This document shows positions 24,314 to 36,151 of a DNA stretch of 64,000 nucleotides, one piece after another. Source of the stretch: Takakia lepidozioides (taxonomy: Eukaryota > Plantae > Bryophyta); the NCBI GenBank assembly GCA_030704615.1, contig CM060733.1:9734001-9798000 (forward strand). Reading direction: 5' to 3'. Position numbers and translations under genes: made by a program. Position 1 is the first letter of the stretch, and each line of letters begins with the position of its first letter. The notes beneath the pieces are model-generated. The model saw only the letters and a list, made by a program, of their open reading frames with translations, ran no database searches and was not told the DNA's origin.

Positions 24314-25810
24314 TTAATCCGTCCTATATACGTCTTGGGGCTCCGACCAATTGAATGGCTTGCCCGTGAACCGACGCACTACGTGGGTTAATATGGCTCT
24401 GTCCTTTTTGTTCTCATCATACAACCTTTTTAGCATTGAATCCCAACAGAGTCTCGTAGATTGGTCCTTGAACATACTTTGATCATAATGACCCCCGCCA
24501 TTTATTCGTACCGCTATCTTCCCAACGGCAAGATCTGACGTCATGTCCTTGGGGGGGGGGGGGTGCTTTCCACATTGAAAACCGATGCAATATCTTTTTC
24601 CACCCACCATCTTTTCCCGGTCCATACGGTCTTTGTTTTCAAACTGGTACGACAAGGATTTGCGTATCTTCAATGGGGTGGCTAAGCCCCAATCAGACAC
24701 CCTAATCTTAATCTCCTCGGTGACATCTGGAAAATGCAGCAAGATGTTGTCGGGGGACAAGTCGTTGTGCAGGACACCGTTCTTATGGACAACATCCATG
24801 ATGCACACCAATGCCCATGCAAGTTTACTACGCACTTTCCGGAAACGAAGCAAGAAACTGGTTTCCTAAAACTCTTCTGCGTTCCCATTTTTTCCACAAT
24901 CTCCATGTTGTCAATCTCGTTGCCCCATTTTCTGTCAAGGTTCATCATATCACGTATTGTCTCTCCATTCCACCCGCGAGTGTAACCCTCTACCTCACGT
25001 GCATTTACAGCAAAATATGAAATAACACCGGAATGTTGGAACTTCACTGCCAAACTCTCGTCGATATATTGTCTCAACGCCTTTTCTGGATTTTTGGATT
25101 TGGGTTGATTTCACGCTAACTCTCTACGCTCCGGTATTCTATAATCGCCAACAATCCTACACTGACGAACTTTAACATACCCTCCTTCTTTCCAAGGGCC
25201 AATCTATTCCAGTCCCTTGGAAGGCGGGGTCATCCGGCGGGGGAGGCATGACTTCTCTTATTTACGTGAACACAAGTGCGCGATGTGAATTCTGACTTGC
25301 CGAGCACGCCCAATACTCGACACACCGCATTGATTGAACTTCGATGGAAGACACCCGACCCTCGGTTGTTCTACCCTTCCATGTCGTTATGAGTTGCCTC
25401 AAATTAAAGGTGGCGTCTTCCGCCCTGCTTTGGATCCATTTGTTGAATTTCGGCTTGTCCCTGTCCTCCGTCCACTAATCCCAACCAAAGCGTCCATCAT
25501 TTTCTTCACCATTTTCTCTTGAAAAAAACGGAAGCCATCCCATCCATGCCGGACATAAGCACTCTCCAGTTTCATCATCTCCCTACTCTTGAAATAATTA
25601 ACTACCACTTCTTTCACCATTTCCAAGGCACCCGCTCGTGGGCACGTTTTGTTTTCCTCCGACCCCCAGAGGACGACCCCGCCCTAGAACTGGAGTTTGC
25701 AACCCCTGATATTGTATATACCTTTGCCCAATACAAAGACAGAACCTTAGAAAACGGCAATGGACGCGTGTGGATGGTATCTTCGTAATTTCTGCAAAAT
25801 AAAAGGTCAC
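24314..25810 (-). pseudogene. Protein kinase gene, frameshifted
   Basis: EGGYVKVR (subdomain I, ~25160-25190), VHKNGVLHNDLSPDNILL (catalytic loop), VSDWGLA (DFG equivalent); an upstream ORF at 25399-25810 lies on the same strand. Confidence 0.85.
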
Positions 25811-26394
25811 TGGAGATCCGAAAACGGCAAAATGGTGTTACGATGATTGAACCGTGAACAAGGGTGTGGGACTGGCCAATAAGAAACCGACAAACCCTCT
25901 CTCTCTCTCTCTCTCTCTCTCCCCCCCCCCCCCAAAAAAATATCACCCACCCCCCCCCCGAAATAATCACCTTCGCACCTCCCGTTGGTAGTGCCAAACA
26001 ACAAAGTCCGAAAGGACTACAAGATGCCAAAGAACTGCACCACGAGAGGGGCAAAAGTGATGACAAAGAGAGGGGGAATGGTTTATATAGCACCCACCCC
26101 ACTTCATCCCCCCCAAAAGAAAGCATCATGCTTGAAAGGCGTGACAAGCCAATCATCTGTTGCCATGTGTCGGCGCGACGCGAGCGGCCAGTCGCGCATC
26201 GCCATACGCACCTACATGAAAGAGGTCAAGGGTTCACAACCACCTTGCCCCCCCCCACCCTTCCATTTCTTTGGTTTTTTCTGACCCCTGGCGTCTCGCC
26301 ACTTGGCGAGGCGCCGCTTGGTGATTAAAAACAAAAAAAAACGACCCCACGGCGGGATGCTGCATTTTCCGAAAAAAAAAAAAAAAAAAAAAAC

Positions 26395-27180
26395 ATGTGG
26401 CGGACCACCACATGGTGGTCGTTGCATTATTTAAAAAATATATTAAATAAGCGACTGCCAAACAACGGTCGCTTTATTTAAGATTCAAAATAAAAATAAG
26501 CGACCGCCGCCAAATGACGGTAATTTTTATTAAAAAAGAAGAGCGACCGCCACATGGCGGTAGCTGCATTTTTAGAAAATATATTAAATAGCGACCGCCA
26601 AACGGCGGTCGCTTTATTTAAATATTCAAAATAAAAATATGCAACCGCCGCCAAATGGCGGTCGCTATAATTTTTATTAAAAAAAAGAGCGACCACCATA
26701 TGGCAGTCGCTGCATTTTTAGAAAATATATTAAATAATCAACCGCCAAACGGCGGTCGCTTTATTTTAGAATAAAAATCATTCCAAATTCCAAATAATTC
26801 CCTCTAAGTAATTCAAATAAAGTAATAACAGGGCCACTGCCCCCTGTTCAGAAAAACAAAAAAACGGCCGCCGAATGGTGGTCGCTGCATTTTTATAAAA
26901 TAAATTAAATAAGCGACCGCCAAACGACGGTCGCTTTATTTAAGAATATAAATATAAATAAGCGACCGCCACTAAATGGCGGTCCCTAAATAAAAAAACA
27001 AACAAAAAAGGGCGACCGCCACATGGCGATCGCTGAATATTTAAAAATTATATTAAAGAAACGACCGCCAATATTGGTGGTCGCTTCATTTATAAAATAT
27101 TAAACTGCGAGCGACCGCCAATATGGGCGGTCGCTTGATTTACAAAATTATAAATGATAAGCGACCGCCAATATGGGTGG
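26395..27180. repeat. Array of GCGACCGCC-N-GGCGGTCGC palindromes with A-rich spacers
   Basis: About 16 copies; same motif as 14925-15470 with the opposite A/T skew. Confidence 0.9.
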
Positions 27181-28479
27181 ATGTATTTAAAAATAATAAT
27201 TAATAAATAGTAATAATATGCCACATCTGTTTTACACTGTGGCTGCCATGTCATTAAAAATGATAGAAGTAAATCGTAAAAGTTAAATAAAAAAAAATTA
27301 CATGGATAAACATCCGGATTCGACGTGACTGCGCCACGTCACGTCGGGATTGATAACTAGGCCTTAAAGTCCTATGGTTGTTTTTCACTGGCTACACATT
27401 AACCCCTAATAATATAATATATGACGCCTCTCGAATGAAGCATAAATTATGGTGTTTGTTTTCCTAGTGTCTATCTTCCATGACGGTGGACATATTTGTG
27501 ACACCAACCGATGGATTGAACGCACAACCACTTCCGAGGTGGTATGTGTGCATTACCACGAGGCTACAACTTGGTTGTCCATTAACCTATATGGATATAT
27601 GCTGTTCCGCACTACTAGTGACGTCTTCTTCTGAAAACAATCTTCAAGTTTTACAAAAAGTTCAACGTTTACTTCATTTTGTTTGAAAATATATTTTATG
27701 CAAAAAAAATTATGAATAATGTACACACTTAGTGCAAGCGTAAAATTTGACGGTACTTTTGTCGAATTTAGGCAGCATTGGCTCCTTCAGTTTGTTGAGA
27801 AAATGGGGTACCAAATGAATCGTTACTTACCCTCCCATATATATATGTTGTCTCGGCTATGGCCATTAGAAAGTGTTTACCTTCCAAACAAAATGCATTA
27901 GCCCTTTAGGGTGAAGTGACACCATAAGTTACCTGTGTAGCTTGTGCTTCGACAAGAGTTTTGTTTCCTTCCTTCCTTCTTATACGGTTCAATATCTCCT
28001 TGTTTCTCTTTATTTATCTCTAATATATCTTTTAAATTTTAAATAAAAATACATGGATCTGAAGAAAATTACACTTGAGTAATTTTTTTAATTAAACAAA
28101 TTTAATTTTTAATATCATTAATTTTCTTAAAAAACATATTCTATCAGTTAATGCTGTTATTTTATTATAGAGAGAAAAAACTCCGGTGAAAGTTGACGTT
28201 TTCATGGGCTCTTTGTCAAAAATGTGGATTCTATAAAGGTTTTTATAAATCAAAATCTTAGCAAGAAAATTTAACGCATTTAAACATAGAGATTAAATAA
28301 ATATACATACATGAACTATATTATAGAGTTTGTTGATGCATATTTAAATATATTAATAGAACTATAGTTTTTAATTATATAAATTATAGATAAAAACATT
28401 GAAGAAACCCGCATTTCTTCATGAGAGAAGAAACGGTTGATATTAGACTATTAGGAATCTCTAATATACATCTGCAGAT

Positions 28480-29468
28480 GCATCCCATACATATGAATTC
28501 CCATACGACCCTGCTCGAACATAGTATATGCAAAGACACGCCCATTGCTTTCCACGGTAAACTCTTGATACGAATAATGGTGAAAATTAGATTGAGGTGA
28601 TGTCAGCCCAAACTCCTGTTTGGATGTTCAAAAGCACGCCTTCGCATTTTCCACCGTCATCCAACTTTTTGCAATAAAGGGGGTTGATGAGATTGACATT
28701 TGTGAGAGTTCCAAACAACGAAGCATTCTCACCATCATTTGTGTTCCAGAAGTCGTCTCCACAGTCATAGACTGCGATGTTTGAACTGTCTGAACATGAT
28801 AGAAATCATCCAACAATCAAGCAGATGCACAGATGTAATCGATGCATAGAGATCAAGCACAATGAGAGTGTTGGAGCGATTGTTGTACTTGAGCTTTCAA
28901 AGAATGGACATGATGTTGCGTTTTTGGACTTTGACGAAGCTAAATGGGAAAGTTTGATGCTTGAGAGTAATAGCTTCAAGAATGAGCTTTGGTAGATTTG
29001 ACAAGTAGAGAAGGCGTATGAAAATTTAAGAGAACAGCGAATTTTTCCTATAAGTAATACCCGGTAAACATCTAGAAGAGTGTTCATGTGGTCCTTTGGA
29101 ACCTTAAGCAATTTATTCACATGATTTCCATACAAGATAATCAGCTCCGTCTCTCCAAGAGCAGAAAGAGACGGCTTCCTACAAGGTGTGAAGACAACGT
29201 GAACTGATAGTCTTCCAACCAATTCTTTTTTATGCTCGGTATGGATCCACTGAATCACGTTCACAAAGGTCTTGAGTAGTTGTACCCAACCAATCCTGGT
29301 GGATGGATCAATCATTAATCCGGTCAATAGAACCAGCATTGCAAGATATGCACCCCCTATATGCACAGCAAAAAAATTGAAAACGAGACTGACTCGATGC
29401 TGCATAACATATCACATAGCCAACCCTCCCATACATATGTGGTCCCGGGGCACCTCTATGCTTGCTTA
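28480..29468 (-). pseudogene. Degenerate gene, possibly F-box-associated; may continue at 52007-52410 across the LTR insertion
   Basis: 199-aa ORF 28806-29405; weak similarity only (LIILYGNHVNKLLKVP, VESNGRVF). Confidence 0.25.
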
Positions 29469-30186
29469 GTAAGTGTCACGGACATAGCCCAGAGGAACTA
29501 ACCAGGAATAAATACCAGAAGTTACCAAGTTACCATGACCTACCATAATTTACTATGATCTATCATGATTTACCATTATTTACCAAGTTACCGGGAGTTT
29601 ATCAAATTACCAAGAGTAACTTGGGAAACTACTCAGAAAGCTTCATTTGGAGGAAACTTCTCCATCAAGATACCTCATTTGTTTAAGGAAGCTTCTCCAT
29701 CAAGAAACCTTTGTTTAATCTTGGGAGCTTCTCCATCAAGAAACTTTTGTTTAATCTTGGAAACTTCTCCATCAAGAAACCTCTATGGGGGAAGCTTCTT
29801 AGGGAAGCTTTTTAGTAGCCAGTTTATATAGGAGGCGAGACTGGACACTCTTCAGTCTCTCCAACACAAGTTCAAGCTACTCTTGTTTCTAGTCCCAGTA
29901 TTTCAGTCCAGCTTCTAGTACTCTAGTCCAGTTTTCAGTATCTAGTACTCCAGTCCAGTTTCCAGCATTCCCTCCAGTATCTTGTACTATTGTCCATTGT
30001 TATAAAGATCATCTTGATTCATGTATACCCATCATGCATTCGGCCACGCCGACCTTGACTTCTTGTCTAGTCTTGTACCTCTAGTCTGATCTCTTGTTTG
30101 TGTTAAGTCATGCTCTCGTCATTGACAGTTTGGCGAGACTAAAGTTTGTTCCTTAGTTAGTTAAGATAGAAGGCACATTTGCGGAA

Positions 30187-31122
30187 ATGGTCGTCACATT
30201 GCAGAGTCTTCAGCTCCAGATGCAAGAACTTCGTGCCTCTACTGCCCAACTACAAGCTGATCAGTCTCAAGATCTTGGCAACGCTCTCAACAATTTGCAA
30301 CAACAAATTTCAGAGTTGAAGGAGTCGAACAATGGATCTTCACCTTTTTACTGCAACCTTACGAGTTTCTACTACAACAAATCCTACTGCAACGGTTCCT
30401 CCAAATCTTCAACAGATTACAAGGGAATCAAAGATCATGCACGAGAAATTTGAAGGGACGAGATCAAGATTTCGCGGTTTTGTTCAACAAGTACGATTGT
30501 TCCTACGATTACATCCACAACGCTACCCTAATGAAGGTATTCAAGTGGGATTCGTGGGCACCCTTCTACCAGGCACTGCCCTATCTTGGTTTGCATCGCT
30601 ATTAGAGAAAAATTTGCATTTATTATACAATTTTGAAGCATTCATGTCCGAGTTCACTGTAGCATTTGGAGAGAATGATAGAGAGAGAGTTGTAGAGACA
30701 AATATGCGAAATTTTCGAAAAGAAGCACGTCCTGCTTCCGTTTATGCTGCCGAGTTTCGACAACTTGCGTGCGACCTCGACTGGAATGAGAAGAGCCTCA
30801 TTAGTCAGTTTCGATGTGGCCTAAGAGATGATGTAAAAAATTTGTTGCTGACAATGCCAAACGTGAGTACACTTAACGAATTCATCACCCAAGTCATTGC
30901 ATGCGATAATCGTTTGTTCGAAAGACGTCAAGAGAAACGATCTGGATGGTCGATGACGCACCTCGCCGCTGCTACTACGGCACCAAATACAACGATCCAT
31001 CAGACATCCGGTAATGATTCTATGCAGATTGATGCTGTCCGATTCAAGCCATTGACATCACAAGAAAAACAAAGATGACGCTCGAATGGATTATGTCTTT
31101 ATTGTAGAGAAGATGATCACAT
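30187..31122 (+). pseudogene. gag: gag of copy 2 (resumes at 33951)
   Basis: EKFEGTRSRFRGFVQQVRLF, ASVYAAEFRQLA, QFRCGL; zinc knuckle split by the insert. Confidence 0.92.
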
Positions 31123-33950
31123 CACTACAACAGATGAACGTTTTTATGACTACAAATATGACTATTTTTTCAGTTCTACATGCGTTCATGACTACATGAC
31201 TCTGAAGTGAAAAAAAACGGCGTGATAGCGACTAGTCTTTAGGACTGCGTTTTGCAAGTCATAGAACGGCGTGCTAGAGGCACCTAGAGTCGTGCAAAGG
31301 AGAGTGATGTAGTCACAACTCTATGACTTACATATGATTAATTATATGACTACATTGTCTCCTGATGGTTGCCTACATGAAGAGGCTTCAGTGGAACACG
31401 TGCACCACTGCACAAACGACACGTCACGCATTCGTAAGAGGATCATATGACTATATGTCTGCAGAGCAATGCCTATATGGAGAGACGCCGGATGGACACA
31501 TGCGCCACTACGGATTTAACACGTCCTATTGAAACATTTTTTAATAATGTTTTTAATTTTAATAAATCAAATTATAAAATTACAAAATTTATATTATTAA
31601 TTGATTTAAATTCTTCATTATATTTTTGGGAAAATAGAATGGAAGGCAAAAGGGGTAAATCATATTACAAAATTCCAAATTGGACAAGCATCCCCAAGGA
31701 TGCCTCAAAGTCTACTGCGGAGCAAAAATTAAGCAAACCAACACAAGGGCAGAAGTTTTTTAGTACTATTACAGTTTTTGTACTACTAGAATGTATGACT
31801 CTATTTACAACTATCAAGTGCAATCCTCCTTACCACTACATTTGGCCAACAACTTCGAAATGAACTTGGTGGCAATGTGGTAGTCACCACACACCCAAAG
31901 ATTCTTCATGAGATGGAGAGACATCCTTGCAGGAGTCGTGCTCATCAGCCCAAAACCTCGATTGTCCCACCATTGACTGGGGTCAGAAAAGTTCCACAGC
32001 TTCTCCTCGTCTTTGTTTCCTGTTTCTGGATACTTTCCTGTTGTCACATTGGCAGTTTCATGTCCAAGTCACTCCAGACTATCAAAGGTTCGCTCAACAA
32101 GCTAACTTGCAGCATTCAACATGAAAATTGGCCGATTCTGATAAGAGGGAAAAACAGCCTTGAAATGTGTTGAAGAAAGGGTGCCTTGATTAATAGTGCC
32201 TAATTTAATCAATTGTGTCGCTGCTGTGCTTCTTCCAGTTGACCATCTATCCATGCAGGTTTCTTGTACCTATCCTTCCACAGGGAATCATAGATAATCT
32301 GGAGCATGAAATTCGGCCCTCTTAGATGAATCTAGACCCACACTCTATCCCTGCTCCTTCAACTATCCATGCGTCTGTACAAATCATGCATACATCCTTG
32401 CCTTGCTGCTAGCATCTGACAATGACAGCCTAGAATTGCTCCAGCAAACACCCCAAACCCTACTTATCACACTAGTTCCTATGCTCAATTGCATCTGCTA
32501 CTCTCTATAATCCAATAGGCGTTCACCTTCTTGTCTCAATTGTCCCACCATAGACTGGGTTAGAAAAGTATTCATTCCACAGCTTCTCCTCGTCATTTGC
32601 CCCTAGGTCTTCAAAGCCTCCATCCCGCGCCCTTGCTGTCTTGTTCAGCCATACTGTCGCATCCTCGATGCACCCACATTTTGCATACATATCCACCAGG
32701 GTATTGTTCAGAATGATATCGAGTACAATCCAGCTCTGAAAATGTCACCATAGACCTCTTTGCCCTTTTCCAGGGCTGTCAGGCTTGCAGATGCATTGCA
32801 AATGCACACAAACGTGATGTGGTCAGTGGGCTTCACCCCTTCCCCCATCATTCGATCATAGGTCTCCAAAGCCTCCATACCATGTCCCTGTTGTGCATAC
32901 CCTGCAAGCATCGCGTTCCATGACACCACAAAATGTTCAGCCATAGTCGTGAGGCAGCTCGGTGACAATGTAAATATCATGGGCCAGTGAATGTGTGAAA
33001 TGTTCCACATCAAATATGTCTGCAAAAGAGCTGCACCACCATCAGTCACTTTCTCTCTATCATTTATACGACCGTCTTCATTTCGCTCTGAAGAGCGGGG
33101 TTGCACTAGAGTGAAATGTTTCCACCAGCAAACAAGGACCATGAAGAACTTTTCTTTAACCACTGAATCTTTTTATTAACTGCACAACAAACACTGATCA
33201 GTTGAAGTTAGAAAGAAAGTTACATGCAATGCACACACTCTCATTCAAAAAGCACACACTATGGACTGAAGTTGAGACAAGAGCCTGCCAACAGCCTGAC
33301 AAGTTATGAGCTACACACCTGGAGTCCTGCCACACTGAGTTCACATAACTATGGGAGTAGAAGGTTCGCATTCAAAATCACATCACATTTGTGTGCATTT
33401 GCAATGCCTGTGCAAGCCTGGCAGCTCTGGAAAATGGCAAAGAGGTCCATGGCTTCCCCCCTTCCCCCATCATTTTATCATAGGTCTCCAATGCCTCCAT
33501 ACCACGTCCCTGCTGTGCATACCCTGCAAGCATCGCGTTCCATGACACCACATCTCGTTCAGGAAACTCCCTCGCATCCTTAATGCACCCACATTTGGCA
33601 TACATGTCCACCAGGGTAGTGTTCATAATGACATCCGGTACAAATCCAGCTTTGACAATGTCACCATGGACCTCTTTCCCCTTTTCCAGAGCTCTCAGGC
33701 TTGCACATGCATTGCATCCTGACAACATTATATCCCACGTTATCAAAGATCGTTGAGGCATCCTGTTGAACATTTGGTGAGCATCGATGATGCTCCCACA
33801 CTTAACATGCATGTTGACAAGGGTGTCGATTAGAAAAACAATTGACGTGAATCCACTTTGGATAATGTGAGTATGCACCTGCTTTCCAGCTTCCAGACCT
33901 TCCATCTTGATGCACTTAAGCAAGAGACATACATACATATGTAAATAAAT
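31123..33950. mobile_element. CACTA-ended non-autonomous insert with host gene fragments (right TIR not found)
   Basis: Begins CACTACAA exactly at the break in gag; many ATGACTA subterminal motifs at 31140-31460; gag resumes at 33951. Confidence 0.75.
31814..33935 (-). pseudogene. PLS-class PPR / DYW fragments interleaved with OSB-like (WWDNR) motifs
   Basis: NTTLVDMYAKCGCIKDA, DVVSWNAMLAGYAQQG, ITFVCICNA; DYW-like KNLWVCGDYHIATKFISK; DEEKLW..SDPSQWWDNR and DSLWKD..KPAWIDGQL. Confidence 0.9.
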
Positions 33951-34024
33951 AGCATTAAACTGCCATAACAAGAGAAGATTCAAAGCTCAGGGCACAACTC
34001 AAGTGTTCGATACAAGGAACGAAG

Positions 34025-35147
34025 ATGTCCAGTCACAGTAGGGACCATGCGGCTGGACACTCCAAATTCCTCATTAAAAAAAAGACTCTTTCTACCTCAA
34101 GACCTGTACCTTATTTCACAGTTCCAGTAAAGATCAGGATGCAAAATCGAGATATCTCCGTAGAAGCATTTTTGGACTCGGGCGTTTCAGCGTGTTTTAT
34201 TGGCAAAGACTTTGCGAAGCAACACAATTTAACGCTCATAAGAAAGAAATTCTCGGCCCCCTGTTGACGTCATCGATGGACGACCGTTAGCATCAGGAAA
34301 TATTGACCATGAAACTCGACCCCTTGAAGTGAAGCTTAAAGTCATCAGCATCACAGATTATTTTCAATGTCATCCAGTCTCCAACGAATCATATGATCAT
34401 TGGACTTCCCTGGTTTGTACTTCATAATCCTGACATCGACTGACGATCACGAAAAATTTCGGCAAGACAAAAATGCAAAAGTACCAAAGGTATTCAATCC
34501 CTATTTCTTGGAGTTAGAGCCTTCATGAGAGCTACGAAGAAAGACGCGACATTTGCACTTTATGCGACTCCGATCAAAACCACAACAGACCAAGGTAGTT
34601 CGACATTACCCACTCAATATCAAGATTTCAAGGATGTCTTCGAGAAGAAAAATGCAGACATGTTGCCAGAACATCGACCTTATGATTATGCAATTGAGTT
34701 GCAAGAAGGAGCTCAACCACCATTCGGCCCAATCTACAAATTATCTCAGATGGAGCTGGCTGTTTTACGTGAATACATTGATGAAAATTTGTCAAAGAAT
34801 TTCATTCGACATTCGAAATCCCCCACGGAAGCACCTATCTTATTTGTGAAGAAGAATAACGGATCGTTACGCATGTGTGTGGACTATCGTGGGCTCAACA
34901 AAGTCACTATAAAAAATCGTTATCCACTACCGTTGATTTCCGGACTTCTTGAACAACTTGGACGAGTAAAGTTTTTCACAAAGATCGACTTGAGAGGAGT
35001 TTACAACCTTGAATGGAAGACTGCTTTTCGCACAAGGTACGGACATTTCGAATATAGTGTTATGCTTTTCGGTCTTACAAATACTCCAACAATTTTTCAG
35101 CACATGATGAATAACATCTTTCGAGAATTTTTAGATGACTTTGTAGT
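34025..35147 (+). pseudogene. pol: pol 5' part (protease, RT N-half) of copy 2
   Basis: AFLDSGVSACFI; [11 protein letters not shown]; ends FLDDFVV at the nested insertion. Confidence 0.95.
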
Positions 35148-35774
35148 TGTCGCGCGGCTTTTACTCACCCATCCCTTCGCTATCCGAGGCGGAAACTCCA
35201 AGATAGAAGAGTTGGAAATCTCTAAGTACTCAGCCCGCGCAGAACAATCAGTCATGACCTACAGCTAGTGTATCATGGGGGTGTTTCCTATTTGTTTCCC
35301 TTTCCGCATTCATCTTAGCTACCTTACCATTGATAATTAAGTATTAGTTTGCTTCATCAATCTATCGGTTTTCTTCACTCATCCATTCAATCCACAGCTT
35401 CACTCAGATCTCTCTACACAGTGTGATTGTATCGTGTAAGTATCAGATTATGATTTATCAGGTATCAGGCCGAAGCCATTATGTCTCTAATCTGCTCTAC
35501 AATATCACTACCGCTTTGTATATATCAAGCATCTACTAATCCTCTTTCCTCCTTCACCGTGCTCTCCATCTTTTGCCTCCGATCTCCGCTCCAGCTCAGA
35601 AGTCCTCCTCCGAATAATGATCCCCTTCATTCCCCGTTTTTCCCTTTATCCTCCTATCCGCGGTTCTAACCGTTTCCCTCTCTAACCGTCGTCTGTGAAC
35701 TAACATGTTCCCTTCACAGGTGTTGTTCCCCACAGTCGTTCCCTGTCCTACTCTTCGTTCCCTATTATCGTGAC

Positions 35775-36015
35775 AGCTGTGTCAAGCGGTGACTGGCTGT
35801 GTTTGGCTGTGTCGGGCTGTGACGGGCTGTGACTGCTGTGGCTGTGCCGGGCTGTGACTGGTGTGTGTGTGTCTGCTGTGACTGTGACGGGCTGTGTGGG
35901 CTGTGTCTGCTGTGACGACTGTGACGGGCTGTGTGGCTGTGTGGGCTGTGACGACTGTGACGGCTGTGTGGGATGTGTGGGCCTGTGTGTGACGGGCTGG
36001 CTGTGACGACTGTGT
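35775..36015. repeat. GGCTGTG/GACTGTG minisatellite in the 3' LTR
   Basis: Visible repeats; a longer version lies at 48080-48390 and related repeats at 40400-40720. Confidence 0.9.
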
Positions 36016-36151
36016 AACCCCCCTCTACAGTGCGCTGCTGTCACCCCTAAGGCTCCTGTTGGTCTCAGTCTGTGCAAAATTAAGGGTACCCTACAGATCC
36101 CTTCTAAGTGTCTTAAGTACCCTACAGTCCTCTAACTTACCCCTTCCCCCC

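Noticed and set aside
25614-26328. 150-180 aa ORFs on both strands
   Set aside because: They span a CT microsatellite and C runs with no recognisable domain; this is probably the upstream region of the kinase gene.
35748-36077. T/Q/P/H-rich ORFs (also 48071-48451 and 40382-40899)
   Set aside because: They are translations of the minisatellite tracts.
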